Assembly (NCBI GenBank): GCA_963708295.1 | Contig: CAVPSJ010000005.1 | Location: 64,001 to 128,000, forward strand | Reading direction: 5' to 3' | Source: an uncultured delta proteobacterium | GTDB taxonomy: Bacteria; Desulfobacterota; BSN033; UBA1163 | DNA: 64,000 bases | Part shown: positions 18,711 through 28,960 of the stretch, piece by piece | How positions within the stretch are numbered: the first letter of the stretch is position 1 | How the letters are laid out: each line of letters starts with the position of its first letter | Notes under the pieces: generated by a model | The model's input: only the letters and a program-made list of their open reading frames with translations | The model's database searches: none | Told to the model about the DNA's origin: nothing | Made by a program: the position numbers and the translations under genes

Positions 18711-21005
18711 CTATCTCCCTCCCCAATGGATCACTTTTTCTTCCAATTTAATGAATCCCTTGTTCAATCCATACCCGATGAGACCCGTGATCACGATGGT
18801 AGCATACATCTGCGGAATCTGATAGGTCATGTGGGCATTGTAGATGAGGTGACCCAACCCTTTATCCGTTCCGATGAACATCTCTAAAATGACGATGATG
18901 ATCAGCGTGAGAGAGAGAGCTGTTCGAAGTCCTGCGGTGATAAAGGGAAGCGCATCGGGAAGAATGACTCGGGTAAAAATGTAGAGGTTGCTTGCCTTCA
19001 TCGTCTCAGCCACCATCTGCCTTGTCTTCGAGGAATTCCGGACACCATAAAGCGTGTTAATCGTGATGACCAAACTGCAAGAGAAGATGACAATGGCGAT
19101 TTTGGCAGCATCTCCGATGCCAAAAGCCAGCATGAAGAGAGGAAAAAGCGAGGTCGCCGGGAATCCTCTGAAAAATTCGATCAAAAATTCTAAGGACTTG
19201 TAAGCCTTCTCCCAATATCCAACCATGATCCCGAGAGGAATCCCCAGAAGGATGGCCAGCAGGTATCCGCTGAACATTCTGTAAAGGGTGCTTCCAAGAT
19301 GGGGGTAAACCCCTTGAGAGAAAAGCAATTGTTTCAATTCGAGAAAGACATTCCATGGTGAAGGCAGAAAGAAAGGATTGACCCACTGAAAGGCGGAGAC
19401 CAGGTACCAGACGAGAAGCAAGGCCAACGGGCCGATGAAGGCCTCTCTGTCAGAGATGAAATTCCGCCACTTCTCGTAAGTCGTCTCCGTCTCCCGCAAC
19501 TGCCTTTTGACAATCTTTCCCGTTCTCGACTTGGGGAGGGAGTCTTTGAACTCCAGCTGCCGGGGCATCTTAAAGCTGGCCAATCTTTCCTTACAGAAGC
19601 TCAAGATCTCCCGATGCGTGGCTGTTTCACCATGCTTCAGGACAACATTCGCCCTCAAGATTTGGCCTCTTCTTGAATCCGGAATCCCCACCACGGCCGC
19701 CTCTTGGACCTTAGGATGGTTGACCAGTACGGTTTCAACTTCCGAAGGATAGACATTGAGTCCTCCGCTAATAATCATATCGTCCGCCCGGCCCAGGACA
19801 TAAAGATAGCCGTCCTCATCCAGCCTGGCCAGGTCCCCCGTATAGTACCATCCGTCTTTGATCTTTTTCGCCGTCGCCTTGGGGTCCTTAAAATACCCCT
19901 TCATGATTTGAGGTCCGCGGGCGATGATCTCGCCGATCTGCCCTGCCGGCACCTCCGTGCCCTCCCGGCCGATGATCTTCAAATCCACTCTCGGAACAGC
20001 CTTCCCGGCGCTGGCCATCTTCCGCGGCCCGTCTTCAATGAGCGTCAGGGTGAGCAAGGGAGAGGTCTCCGTGGCTCCGTATCCTTGAATGGGCTGTACG
20101 TGAGGATACCGTTCCCCAAACTCTTTCATCAATTGCTCAGGGACGACCGTGCCCATCATGGCCGCTACCTTCAGGCTCGAACAGTCGTACCGTTCCCAAT
20201 GGGGGACATTCAAGATCAATTGGTAAATCGGGGGAACAGCGGCTGTAATCGTAATCCGATGGTTCTGGAAGGCATCGAGGATCTTCTTGGGCGTCATTTC
20301 ATCGACGATCGACACGGACATCCCCGACTCCACCATCAAATTCATGACCACCGACCCCGTAATATGCGAAATCGGAAGGACGAAACCGAAGGTGTCCTTC
20401 TCGGAACAATGAATGGCATGATGCAGGGATTCGGGAAAGTAGCTCAGATGGTCGTTGGTGAGGACGACCCCCTTTGATCTCCCCGTCGTCCCGGAGGTGT
20501 AGAGATAGATCGATTCATCCTCTTCACTCAGCGGGACTTGAACCCTCTCGGAAGACTCCTTCTCGATGATCTCATCGTAGGAGTGCCAATCTCGAATATC
20601 TTCATCCCCCGCGTTGGTCACGATGACATGCTTCAAGAAGGGGACGGAACCCTTCACTCGATCGATAAACACTTTTTGTCTAACGTTCGTAATAATGGCA
20701 GAAGCTTCAGCCTCCTGAAGAATTGGCTCCATTTCGGCCGGGCTGAGACGAAAATCGAGAACCACTGCAATGGCGCCGATTTTCAAAGTGGCGAAATAAG
20801 ATATGGTGAATTGAGGGCAGTTCTGGAACAGAAGAACGATGCGGTCTCCTTTTTTGATTCCCATCCCAAGGAGCCGATTGGCTACACGGTTGGACAGGGT
20901 ATCGAGGTCGGAGAAGGTGATCCTCTCTTCTTTGAACAGGATGGCGATTTTGTCGGGCCTTTGAATCGCCTGTTTTTCAAGATGGTCTCGGACGATCATA
21001 GTCAA
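18711..21005 (-). CDS. Fusion of long-chain acyl-CoA ligase (AMP-binding) and NitT/TauT ABC permease
   Basis: About residues 1-505: YTSGTTGRSKG, GYGATE, GWYYTGDL, GRADD, LPKSRTGKI. C-terminal ~250 aa: FLPSP, TM helices and VILPDALPFITAGLR. One open frame. Confidence 0.88.
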   Translation of the reverse strand: MTMIVRDHLEKQAIQRPDKIAILFKEERITFSDLDTLSNRVANRLLGMGIKKGDRIVLLFQNCPQFTISYFATLKIGAIAVVLDFRLSPAEMEPILQEAEASAIITNVRQKVFIDRVKGSVPFLKHVIVTNAGDEDIRDWHSYDEIIEKESSERVQVPLSEEDESIYLYTSGTTGRSKGVVLTNDHLSYFPESLHHAIHCSEKDTFGFVLPISHITGSVVMNLMVESGMSVSIVDEMTPKKILDAFQNHRITITAAVPPIYQLILNVPHWERYDCSSLKVAAMMGTVVPEQLMKEFGERYPHVQPIQGYGATETSPLLTLTLIEDGPRKMASAGKAVPRVDLKIIGREGTEVPAGQIGEIIARGPQIMKGYFKDPKATAKKIKDGWYYTGDLARLDEDGYLYVLGRADDMIISGGLNVYPSEVETVLVNHPKVQEAAVVGIPDSRRGQILRANVVLKHGETATHREILSFCKERLASFKMPRQLEFKDSLPKSRTGKIVKRQLRETETTYEKWRNFISDREAFIGPLALLLVWYLVSAFQWVNPFFLPSPWNVFLELKQLLFSQGVYPHLGSTLYRMFSGYLLAILLGIPLGIMVGYWEKAYKSLEFLIEFFRGFPATSLFPLFMLAFGIGDAAKIAIVIFSCSLVITINTLYGVRNSSKTRQMVAETMKASNLYIFTRVILPDALPFITAGLRTALSLTLIIIVILEMFIGTDKGLGHLIYNAHMTYQIPQMYATIVITGLIGYGLNKGFIKLEEKVIHWGGR

Positions 21006-21100
21006 TCACTGTTTTTTCAAATATTTTGATTCAAACTATATTATTGTAACAGAATTAATCCTTGTTGAAGACAAAAAAATACGAATAGGCGAAAAGTTAA

Positions 21101-22414
21101 TCAAACGACCGGCTTCTGTTTTTCTTCCTTTCCTTTCTTTTCGTCGACCGTCCAGAGGATGGCCATTCCTACAACGAAAAAGAAGAGAACGGAAAGAATG
21201 CCCGATTGAACGCTTCCCGTCATCGCGATTAAAATTCCGTAGATCAGCGGCCCGAATACGGAAGCAAATTTCCCTGATACGGCAAAGAAGCCAAAAAACT
21301 CAGCGCTATTGACGTCGGGGGTGAAGGTTCCTTGAAGGGAACGCGAGGCTGCCTGACTTCCACCCATGACCATCCCCGCCAGGGCCCCTAAGATCCAGTA
21401 TTCCGTCTTTGGGTCCCAGAAGATCCCTAGCTTGAATGCCCAGATGACAATCAGGGACCAGATGCCCAAAGAAATCATCACCGTCTTCTTATTCCCGATC
21501 GCATCTGCTAAGAATCCGAACAGAAGAGAACCGAAAAAGGCGATTCCTTGGATCATCAAAAAGAAAAGGATGATCTCACCCGTCTCCATCCCTAAGACTT
21601 CAGCGCCAAAGATCGAGGCCATGACAATGACGGTTTCGATCCCGTCGTTGTAAATCAGGAAAGCCACGAGAAACTTTGTCAATTCTCGAAACGTTTTGAT
21701 CCTGCGGAAGGTACGTTGAATGCGTCGATACCCCTCTTCGAAGTAACCCCTTTCAAAGGATGTATCCGGCTTCTTCGCCCTCTCCCTCAAGAAAAGAAAG
21801 GTGGGAAGTGAAAAGATCAACCACCAGAACGCCACGGAGAGAAAACAATCCTGAACCGTGAAAGTCCCGCTCGGGAATCCGATCCGCTCGGGATATTTTA
21901 GCATGATCAAGTTGATCGCCAAGAGTGCTCCGCCGCCGATATATCCCAGCGCCCATCCTAATCCCGAGATCCGGCCGATGTTTTGATCCGTCGAAATCTC
22001 AGGGAGGAAAGCATTGTAATAGACATTTCCTCCGGCGAACCCAATATTGGCGACGATGAAGAAGATGGCTCCCTTCCAATAGTTGCCCGCATGGACGAAA
22101 TAGAGAAGGCCGGTGAAGAGAATGGCGGTATAACAAAAAAACATCAGAAAGCGCTTCTTGGAAGCGGCGGCATCTGCGACCGCTCCTAGAAATGGAGAAA
22201 GCACGGCCGAGACGGCCATGCTCATGGCCACCGAGAAAGTGAAGAACGAGGCGCCGGGGAGACGAAACCCGAAAAATTCAACTCCCCTCTCTCCTCCGGC
22301 GACAACGGTTGCAAAGTATTGATTGAAGATGACGGCGAGAATGGTGGTCGCAAAGGCGGAGTTGGCGAAATCATACATTGCCCAGCCGAAGATCTCTCGC
22401 TTTTGCACTGGCAT
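21101..22414 (-). CDS. MFS transporter (UMF1/Atg22-like)
   Basis: Motifs WAMYDFANSAF, YYNAFLP, GRISGLGWALGYIGG, YNDGIET and QAASRSL. Start trimmed to MPVQK because the upstream part is a repeat. Confidence 0.9.
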   Translation of the reverse strand: MPVQKREIFGWAMYDFANSAFATTILAVIFNQYFATVVAGGERGVEFFGFRLPGASFFTFSVAMSMAVSAVLSPFLGAVADAAASKKRFLMFFCYTAILFTGLLYFVHAGNYWKGAIFFIVANIGFAGGNVYYNAFLPEISTDQNIGRISGLGWALGYIGGGALLAINLIMLKYPERIGFPSGTFTVQDCFLSVAFWWLIFSLPTFLFLRERAKKPDTSFERGYFEEGYRRIQRTFRRIKTFRELTKFLVAFLIYNDGIETVIVMASIFGAEVLGMETGEIILFFLMIQGIAFFGSLLFGFLADAIGNKKTVMISLGIWSLIVIWAFKLGIFWDPKTEYWILGALAGMVMGGSQAASRSLQGTFTPDVNSAEFFGFFAVSGKFASVFGPLIYGILIAMTGSVQSGILSVLFFFVVGMAILWTVDEKKGKEEKQKPVV

Positions 22415-22450
22415 ATCGGAGTGATTGATGGCGGGACGCAAAATGAACCC

Positions 22451-22524
22451 GACACGGGCAAAACGAGACACGGTGAGAAAACAACGAATTTCTCCCCCTC
22501 CTCGAGTCTCCCGCTCCCCGCGTC
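22451..22524. repeat. Octamer-periodic imperfect inverted repeat
   Basis: GACACGGGCAAAACGAGACACGGTGAGAAA faces TTTCTCCCCC...GTCTCCCGCTCCCCGCGTC. Confidence 0.55.
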
Positions 22525-22566
22525 AGATTCTCTTTAGCTCCGTGTCTCCTTATTTCTTCCTGAGAA

Positions 22567-23523
22567 TTAGACTGTCCGGATCTCCTGCCGCATAAAGACG
22601 AGGTAGCAAACTCCAAAACAGACGAAGGTGATGGCGATGATCGCAATAAGATACCACACGACGATGATCAGGCTTTGCAAAAGGGGAAGGGGATTTTGAA
22701 AACGGCTCAGAGAAAGCCTCTCCAAAGGCCCCACCAAAACGAAGCCTCGGGTGGTCTTCCTCGTTGGATCAAGAATGGTGGTGGTTGCATCATTATAAAG
22801 GGTCGCCGGGGACAAAAGGGAGACCGTTCTTTGAACCTGTTCGTTTTTCACCAGGTCTGCACTCGTGCTGCTTTGGTTGATCGGGGCCACTGCATTGGCC
22901 ACAAAACCAGCCCCCAAGCCCACGAAAAAGGAGAAAAAAATCCAGATGGCCAGAGAAGCCAGGGCAGAGGTGGCCGTACTCCGGAAGACCACCGAAAAGA
23001 GGATCGCTATCCCCAGCCAGAAAGACACGTAGAGAATACTGATGATCACATAGATCGCGAGACGCAGCACTTCTTCTGATCCCGGCACCACCCCGATTAA
23101 TCGAATCCCCAGGCCTGAGATAATGAGGACGATCCCAACTAACACAACGGCGATCGTGGTCACACCTGCCAGATACTTCGCATTGATAATCGAGTCACGA
23201 TAGATGGGCTGTGAGGCGAGTTTGCTCAGCGTCCGCGAGACTCTTTCCCGATTGATCGCATCAAATCCAAGAAAAATCCCGATGAGAGGACCGAAAAAGC
23301 CGATGAACTGGACAAAGGAAAAGAGTTTTCCCGTAGAGGTAAAAAGCCACAAAAAGAGGAGGGTGGGTTTTGCCATTCCTTTGGATTCCTCCTGAATGCC
23401 CATCCCCACCATGGAGGCAATGATCACCCCGACCATCACAATCAACGCGGAAATCAGAAGAAACCGTACACTGCTGAAGTGGTCCTCCAATTCTTTTCTG
23501 AATAAGGTGAAGATCCCGTGCAA
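22567..23523 (-). CDS. ABC-2 type transporter permease
   Basis: Motifs FRKELEDHFSS, LGFDAINRER..TL..L.SQPI.R and FMRQEI; TTG start. Confidence 0.9.
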   Translation of the reverse strand: MHGIFTLFRKELEDHFSSVRFLLISALIVMVGVIIASMVGMGIQEESKGMAKPTLLFLWLFTSTGKLFSFVQFIGFFGPLIGIFLGFDAINRERVSRTLSKLASQPIYRDSIINAKYLAGVTTIAVVLVGIVLIISGLGIRLIGVVPGSEEVLRLAIYVIISILYVSFWLGIAILFSVVFRSTATSALASLAIWIFFSFFVGLGAGFVANAVAPINQSSTSADLVKNEQVQRTVSLLSPATLYNDATTTILDPTRKTTRGFVLVGPLERLSLSRFQNPLPLLQSLIIVVWYLIAIIAITFVCFGVCYLVFMRQEIRTV

Positions 23524-23524
23524 G

Positions 23525-24280
23525 TTAAGCCTCCTTGAAATATTTCATATAGAGCTCTTCGAGGGTATAATGCTCTTTTTCCACGCCCAGCTTCTTCTTG
23601 GCCAATTCTTGAATGGGCCCGATCGCTACCAGATTCCCTTTGATCATGATCCCTACCCGGTCACAAATCCTCTGGACCTGATCCAGAAGGTGGGAGGAAA
23701 GAAAGATGGTAATATTCCTATCCCGGCTCAAGGAGTGGATGAGGTCGAGCATCCGGTTCGTCCCGTCCGGGTCCAGACCAATGGTCGGCTCGTCGAGGAA
23801 AATCAGCCTGGGTTCCTTAATCAGAACCTCCGCGATTCCCAATCTCTGCCTCATCCCTTTCGAGTAGGTGCCCACCCTCTTTTCCTTGGCCTCTTCGAAA
23901 AGGCCAACTTGCTTGAGCACCTCGTCAATCTTCGTGGAAGAGATCTTATCGGGGATACGGTTCAGACGAGCAATGAACCGGAGATTCTGCCGGGCATTCA
24001 TATCATCATAGAAACCCACATTTTCAGCGAGATACCCGACCTTCTCTTTCACACGGAGGGGTTCACGCGTCGGATCGAATCCAATGACCCGGATCTTCCC
24101 CGAGGTCGGCTCCGTCAAGCCCAGGAACATGAGAAGACTCGTGGTCTTCCCCGCACCATTGGGGCCGAGGAATCCAAACACCTCCCCCTCCGGAATCTGA
24201 AGCGTCAGATTGTTCACGGCGATCTGAGTTCCATACTTCTTCGTCAGCCCTTCGGCTTCGATGACGAGATGGTTTTCCAC
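23525..24280 (-). CDS. ABC-2 type transporter ATP-binding protein
   Basis: Motifs GPNGAGKTT, YSKGMRQRL, LDEPT and SSH. GTG start one base after the upstream stop. Confidence 0.93.
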   Translation of the reverse strand: MENHLVIEAEGLTKKYGTQIAVNNLTLQIPEGEVFGFLGPNGAGKTTSLLMFLGLTEPTSGKIRVIGFDPTREPLRVKEKVGYLAENVGFYDDMNARQNLRFIARLNRIPDKISSTKIDEVLKQVGLFEEAKEKRVGTYSKGMRQRLGIAEVLIKEPRLIFLDEPTIGLDPDGTNRMLDLIHSLSRDRNITIFLSSHLLDQVQRICDRVGIMIKGNLVAIGPIQELAKKKLGVEKEHYTLEELYMKYFKEA

Positions 24281-24281
24281 T

Positions 24282-25493
24282 TTAACGTCTCCCCAACCAG
24301 ATGAATAAGGCACTCAACCCGGCAATCACGAAGATGATGATGAAGATTCCGATCCAACCCCATGCGGTGGAGGCCTTCACCGTCACTCTCATTTCAATCG
24401 TCTTATCCGATTTTTCCCCGTTGACCATGACCCCTACCGAATAATCTCCGACCAGGGCCTGGGCACCCGGCTTGACCGTGACCTCGACCTGTTTCAAAGC
24501 ACCAGGATCCAAGGAATCGATTTTCTCCGGCTTGAACGTCACATCCCAGTTTTCGGGCTTGAAGGAAGAAAAAGTGACGTTACGGTTGACCGCAGAGCCC
24601 GTGTTTTTTACGAAGAATGAAAAATTGGCCGTTTTCCCTGCAACGGCCTCCAGAGATAGGATTCCTGAAGGCGTTCCGGCATCGAGCTTATAAATACCCG
24701 TCAGGGCCACCGTCAATTTCACTTCCGCCCTTTTCTCTCCTGAGGTCACCCTCACCAGAATGGGGTAATCTCCCGGAGAAGCTTCTTTCGCAGGGGTGAT
24801 TTCCACGGCCACCGACTGGCTCGTTGCTCCCTTGATCCGCAAACTGGAAATCTGCTTCTGTTCATAAGAAGGCTTGAAATTAATCTCCCATTTTTCCGGC
24901 CCGACTGCGGCCAGGTTGAAAGTTCGATCCACCTCGCTCTTATTCATGATATCCAGCGAAAACTCGAACTTGGCATCTGTCTGGCCCCTCAATACAGGAT
25001 AAGAAGTCGTTATCTGAATGTCCTCGAGACCTGCTGTCCGTTCCTGAACCGAGACGTTCAGTTTATTGGAAAAAGTGAATTTTCCGTCCGCCGTCCGGGC
25101 ATCGAACTGAAAGACGTAGTCTCCGGGCCCCACCGTCTTATCGGGTTCCAGGGTCAAAGCGAGGTTCTTTGTCTTTCCGTTGGGAACATAAACCCCTGAG
25201 ACCACGTAACTGCCGCCTTTCAGCGTGGCTTTCCATCCCTTTGGAATCGTGGAAATCCTGACATCGATGCTTTCATCCGTACGGCCTTTATTCTCCAGGA
25301 TCAAATCCATTCGAACGGCCTCTCCTTTGGGCACAATCACCCCGGAGAATTCCGGAAAAACAGCGATGCCCCGTTCCGGCCTGAGGTCCTTTTTCTCCTC
25401 CTGGGCAAGGAGAAGGGATGGAAGGATGAGACAAAAAATGAGAACAACCAAAAAAATGGATAAAGATGCTCGGCCTCGATTTACTCGCACCAT
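24282..25493 (-). CDS. NEW3/COG1470-type exported Ig-like repeat protein with C-terminal anchor
   Basis: Signal peptide; three repeated beta modules (N.G...P.GW...GDY); C-terminal TM helix; co-transcribed with the ABC-2 genes. Confidence 0.8.
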   Translation of the reverse strand: MVRVNRGRASLSIFLVVLIFCLILPSLLLAQEEKKDLRPERGIAVFPEFSGVIVPKGEAVRMDLILENKGRTDESIDVRISTIPKGWKATLKGGSYVVSGVYVPNGKTKNLALTLEPDKTVGPGDYVFQFDARTADGKFTFSNKLNVSVQERTAGLEDIQITTSYPVLRGQTDAKFEFSLDIMNKSEVDRTFNLAAVGPEKWEINFKPSYEQKQISSLRIKGATSQSVAVEITPAKEASPGDYPILVRVTSGEKRAEVKLTVALTGIYKLDAGTPSGILSLEAVAGKTANFSFFVKNTGSAVNRNVTFSSFKPENWDVTFKPEKIDSLDPGALKQVEVTVKPGAQALVGDYSVGVMVNGEKSDKTIEMRVTVKASTAWGWIGIFIIIFVIAGLSALFIWLGRR

Positions 25494-25620
25494 GGGTCTA
25501 CCTCCTAAGAAACACCTGTTAGAGTTTCATCAATCACGTTTTTTTATTTTGACGACGGGATAGGAATTGTTATATGTAATCGCTTGTCGAGGAGTTGTCA
25601 AGATAAATCCACTAAACTTT

Positions 25621-26727
25621 TTATAACATCTTCCTGGCGGATTTCAAACCCGTCCCGGTCAACGTGGAGATCACGGTTTCCCTTCTTCTCGTTTTCCTCA
25701 AGTACTTTTTCAACCCAGCCACCGTCGCCGCTGCGGTGGGCTCGATGAAGTGACCTTTCCGTCCCATTTCCTTCTGGGCCGTTCTGATCTCCTTTTCCGT
25801 TACCGCTAGAATCTCCCCGTCCGTCTCCCGAGCCGCCTCCAGGATCTGCCTTCCCCTGATGGGTTCTGCGATGGCAATCCCCTCCGCAACGGTCTCCTTT
25901 TTTTCAACGGGCCGCGGTTCTGCCCAACCTTTCTTGAACGCCCGATAAAGAGGCGCACAAAAAGCGGACTGGACGCCCACCAGCCTCGGGATCCTCTTGA
26001 TCCTGCCGGCTTCCTTCAACTCTTTGAAACCGATATGAACTCCCAAGAAAAGTGTCCCGTTTCCTACGGGGAGGACGAGCACATCCGGGACCTTCCATCC
26101 CATTTGTTCCCAGACTTCGAAGGCAAAGGTTTTCGTCCCGTGGAGGAAAAACGGATTCCAGCAATGACTGGCATAAGGGATTCCGGAAGCAGCCTTCCAT
26201 GTTACCTCCGCCGTCCTTTCCCTCGACCCTTGCACCTTTCTGAGAGTCGCCCCGTAAGCTTGAATTTGAACCGTCTTTTCCGAAGAGGTATTCTGGGGCA
26301 CATAGATCTCGCATCCGATCCCTGCTTTGGCACAGTAAGCGGCAACGGCGGATCCCGCATTGCCCGACGAGTCCTCGACCACTTTTTGGACTCCCCACTC
26401 TTTCATTTTACTCATGAGCACGGTGGCGCCGCGATCCTTATAAGATCCTGTCGGGAAAAGATAATCGATTTTCACCAAAGCCCGATTCCCGTCGAACGTG
26501 ATCTCCTCTAAAGGAGTAAACCCTTCATTCATGGAGAGGATGGACGTTTCGCGATGGATGGGAATCGTTTCACGATATCGCCATAAGGTAGGCCCTCTTC
26601 TTACGATTCTTTTCATCGGAAATCTGGATTCAAATTCGAGGTCGAGAAAGGAGCCGCAATCGCATCGCCACCTGGAGGGCTGAAGGGAATAGGAACGGTG
26701 GCAATCGGAGCAAAAAAATCTTTCCAT
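25621..26727 (-). CDS. Threonine synthase-like PLP enzyme
   Basis: N-terminal CxxC...CxCG; EGFTPL; PLP lysine in PTGSYKDRG; DSSGNAG; PVGNG; IEPTAA; LTGTGLK. Confidence 0.88.
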   Translation of the reverse strand: MERFFCSDCHRSYSLQPSRWRCDCGSFLDLEFESRFPMKRIVRRGPTLWRYRETIPIHRETSILSMNEGFTPLEEITFDGNRALVKIDYLFPTGSYKDRGATVLMSKMKEWGVQKVVEDSSGNAGSAVAAYCAKAGIGCEIYVPQNTSSEKTVQIQAYGATLRKVQGSRERTAEVTWKAASGIPYASHCWNPFFLHGTKTFAFEVWEQMGWKVPDVLVLPVGNGTLFLGVHIGFKELKEAGRIKRIPRLVGVQSAFCAPLYRAFKKGWAEPRPVEKKETVAEGIAIAEPIRGRQILEAARETDGEILAVTEKEIRTAQKEMGRKGHFIEPTAAATVAGLKKYLRKTRRRETVISTLTGTGLKSARKML

Positions 26728-26737
26728 CCACTAGAAC

Positions 26738-26829
26738 CGCAAAGAGCATCGAGCATAGAGTGAAGAAAGAAGAAGAAAAAGAGTTGTTTTTTTCCTTTAC
26801 CCTTTACCCTTTGCTCTATGCCCTATGCG
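26738..26829. repeat. Heptamer-periodic inverted repeat of the CGCATAG/GGCATAG family, empty form
   Basis: Left arm CGCAAAG AGCATCG AGCATAG. Reverse complement of the right arm is CGCATAG GGCATAG AGCAAAG GGTAAAG GGTAAAG. Short spacer. Confidence 0.8.
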
Positions 26830-26835
26830 TTTTTG

Positions 26836-28647
26836 TTATTTGACGAGAGGAAACATCACCCGAAAGGTCGTTTGACCTTCCCCGGACTCCATCTCCATCC
26901 TTCCGTTCATCTGTTTGACTAATCGGGTTGTAATGTGGAGCCCTCTGCCTCTTCCTTCACCCAGGAGGTATCGATCTCGGTCCTCCTCTCGAATTTCTCC
27001 CGTATTGGTCACCTCCGCCACGGCCCATGAATCTTTTCGATAGGACCGAATAGAAAGATGCCCTCCCTGTTCAGGCATGGCGTTCGAAGCATTATTGAGG
27101 AGATTGTCTAAAACCCTTTCGACGTGCAGCGGGTAACATCGAATCCATAAAGGAGACTCCAACCCGCCTTCGATGAAACAAACATTCTCCCGCCTCAACT
27201 CATTGACCGCCTCCTCATTGATGACGAAGCGTTTCTTCAGCTTTTCTGTCAAATCCACCGTTTCCTCCCTCCCCTCTCCGTGAAGGGTCAGGGCCAATTC
27301 CTGAATGCGGGAGGTCTCTTTCAGAATAATATCCAAGGCCTGGACCACCTTTTCCTTCTTTGAAGAAAACTCTCCGTCCTCCACAATCTTTTGAACCCGT
27401 TTGGCAAATCCTGCCGCTGCGATGGCTGGATTCTTAAAATCGTGAAGAATATCGTCCATTTTCTCGAGCCTGAGCCCTTTCATCAATTCCATGCCGAAGA
27501 ATATGAAAATCTCGATTTCTTCCTCCGTGAATCTTCGGTGGTGGGCCTGCGCATCGAAGACCAGGAAATAGTTGACCACATCGCCCACTTTGAGCGGGAT
27601 ATAAAGAACGGAATGGATTTGCTGGACTTCCAGAAATCGTTTGAGGTCTCGAGGAAGCAGCCGACTTTCCTGCGGGTTGTGGATGAGAATGTAAGAAGGA
27701 AAGATCTTCTCGTGGTCAAATTCGCCGAAGGGACCCGCCTGGTTCACCACGGCATCGATATAAGGTTCCTTTACCGAAAAGGCCTTCCCAATCCCATGGT
27801 GTATCTCCGGATACCCTGCCTCTAAAACGACGTGGTCCCTTCCTTCGCTGACCGAAAAGAGGGAAACCCGTTGGATTCGCACGATGTCCACCAATTCGGG
27901 GACGACCAGATTGAAGACATCCTTCATCTTGATCCCCTCCCGCTTTCCCAGTTTCAGAAAGATCTGCTCCACGATCTTGTCTTTGGTTACATTCAATTTC
28001 TGGAGACCCACGATTCGCTTCCTGGCGATGACATAACTCACCCTTCTCGAGAGCATCTCCGCGATCTTGGCTTCGAGAGGCGTGAATATCTTGTCGATCT
28101 CCCTGTAGTAAATCTGAAAAGATCCTTCCGTATCGACATCTTTCAAAGAGAACCGGGGAATCAAAATGGGGACGGCCAGCATGGAATGGATCCCGTATCT
28201 TTGGACCTTCTCCTTATTCTTATACTTTTCCTCCTTCAAAATATTGGGGACGAAGTAAGCTCGATGGGTTTTCACGACCTCGCCCGCGATGGTATCCTCA
28301 AAGGGAACTGTCTCCTCACGGCCCTCCGTATAGTCGGGATAAGATCCAAAGGAAACCATTTCCTCCCTCCCGGGATCATAAATTCGTAGGCTTGCCGCCT
28401 CTGCTCCGAGATACTCCACGACGTTTTTCGCAACGGCCTCCAGGATCTCCTTCTCCGTTAGAGTGGGGTTGATCTCAAGGATGGTCTCTGTCTGACTGAT
28501 CAGCTGGTCCACGTACCGGTAGATCACTTCTTCTGTGATCAGGTTTACCACCCCGGCCACTTCTTCGAAGGAAAGGGCGCAACCCTTCCCCTTCAGGTCG
28601 GCCGCGATGGACTCCAAAAGTCCCTGATCAATCTTAAAATGGCTCAT
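26836..28647 (-). CDS. Cytoplasmic GAF-GAF sensor histidine kinase
   Basis: Two GAF-like domains (SMLAVPI; SVLYIPL), H-box LHDFKNP, N-box LDNLLNNA, GRGLHI. Start trimmed to MSHF. Confidence 0.85.
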   Translation of the reverse strand: MSHFKIDQGLLESIAADLKGKGCALSFEEVAGVVNLITEEVIYRYVDQLISQTETILEINPTLTEKEILEAVAKNVVEYLGAEAASLRIYDPGREEMVSFGSYPDYTEGREETVPFEDTIAGEVVKTHRAYFVPNILKEEKYKNKEKVQRYGIHSMLAVPILIPRFSLKDVDTEGSFQIYYREIDKIFTPLEAKIAEMLSRRVSYVIARKRIVGLQKLNVTKDKIVEQIFLKLGKREGIKMKDVFNLVVPELVDIVRIQRVSLFSVSEGRDHVVLEAGYPEIHHGIGKAFSVKEPYIDAVVNQAGPFGEFDHEKIFPSYILIHNPQESRLLPRDLKRFLEVQQIHSVLYIPLKVGDVVNYFLVFDAQAHHRRFTEEEIEIFIFFGMELMKGLRLEKMDDILHDFKNPAIAAAGFAKRVQKIVEDGEFSSKKEKVVQALDIILKETSRIQELALTLHGEGREETVDLTEKLKKRFVINEEAVNELRRENVCFIEGGLESPLWIRCYPLHVERVLDNLLNNASNAMPEQGGHLSIRSYRKDSWAVAEVTNTGEIREEDRDRYLLGEGRGRGLHITTRLVKQMNGRMEMESGEGQTTFRVMFPLVK

Positions 28648-28754
28648 CGATACCTTGGGTTTAAAGAAACCTGCGAATAATAGAACCATTATAAACTTTT
28701 CGCAAAAGGTGTCAACATGATTGAAAAAGGCGTTTTTTCCTCCTCTGGACAGGA

Positions 28755-28960
28755 TGACTATCGGCACAGAGGGGCGAGTTCTCGAACCTTTAGGATGCGG
28801 CTATGATCGGATGTTGTGGGGGATCTCATCGGCATTAAGCATCAAGACTTTATAAGGGTCTGGGACTCTTTCCAAAGATTGCTTAAAAGGTAGCCGCCCC
28901 ACCTTCGTCCCGCGAGGCGGGGCTTCGCACAGGCTCGCCTAAAGCTTCTTCAACCCGCCC
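28755..28960 (-). repeat. Reverse-oriented degenerate copy of the MITE-like element, with a nested small hairpin insertion
   Basis: The reverse complement shows CCGCATCCTAAAGGTT and GGCGGGTTGAAGAAGCTTTA...GGGCGG, split by about 40 bp. Confidence 0.5.
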
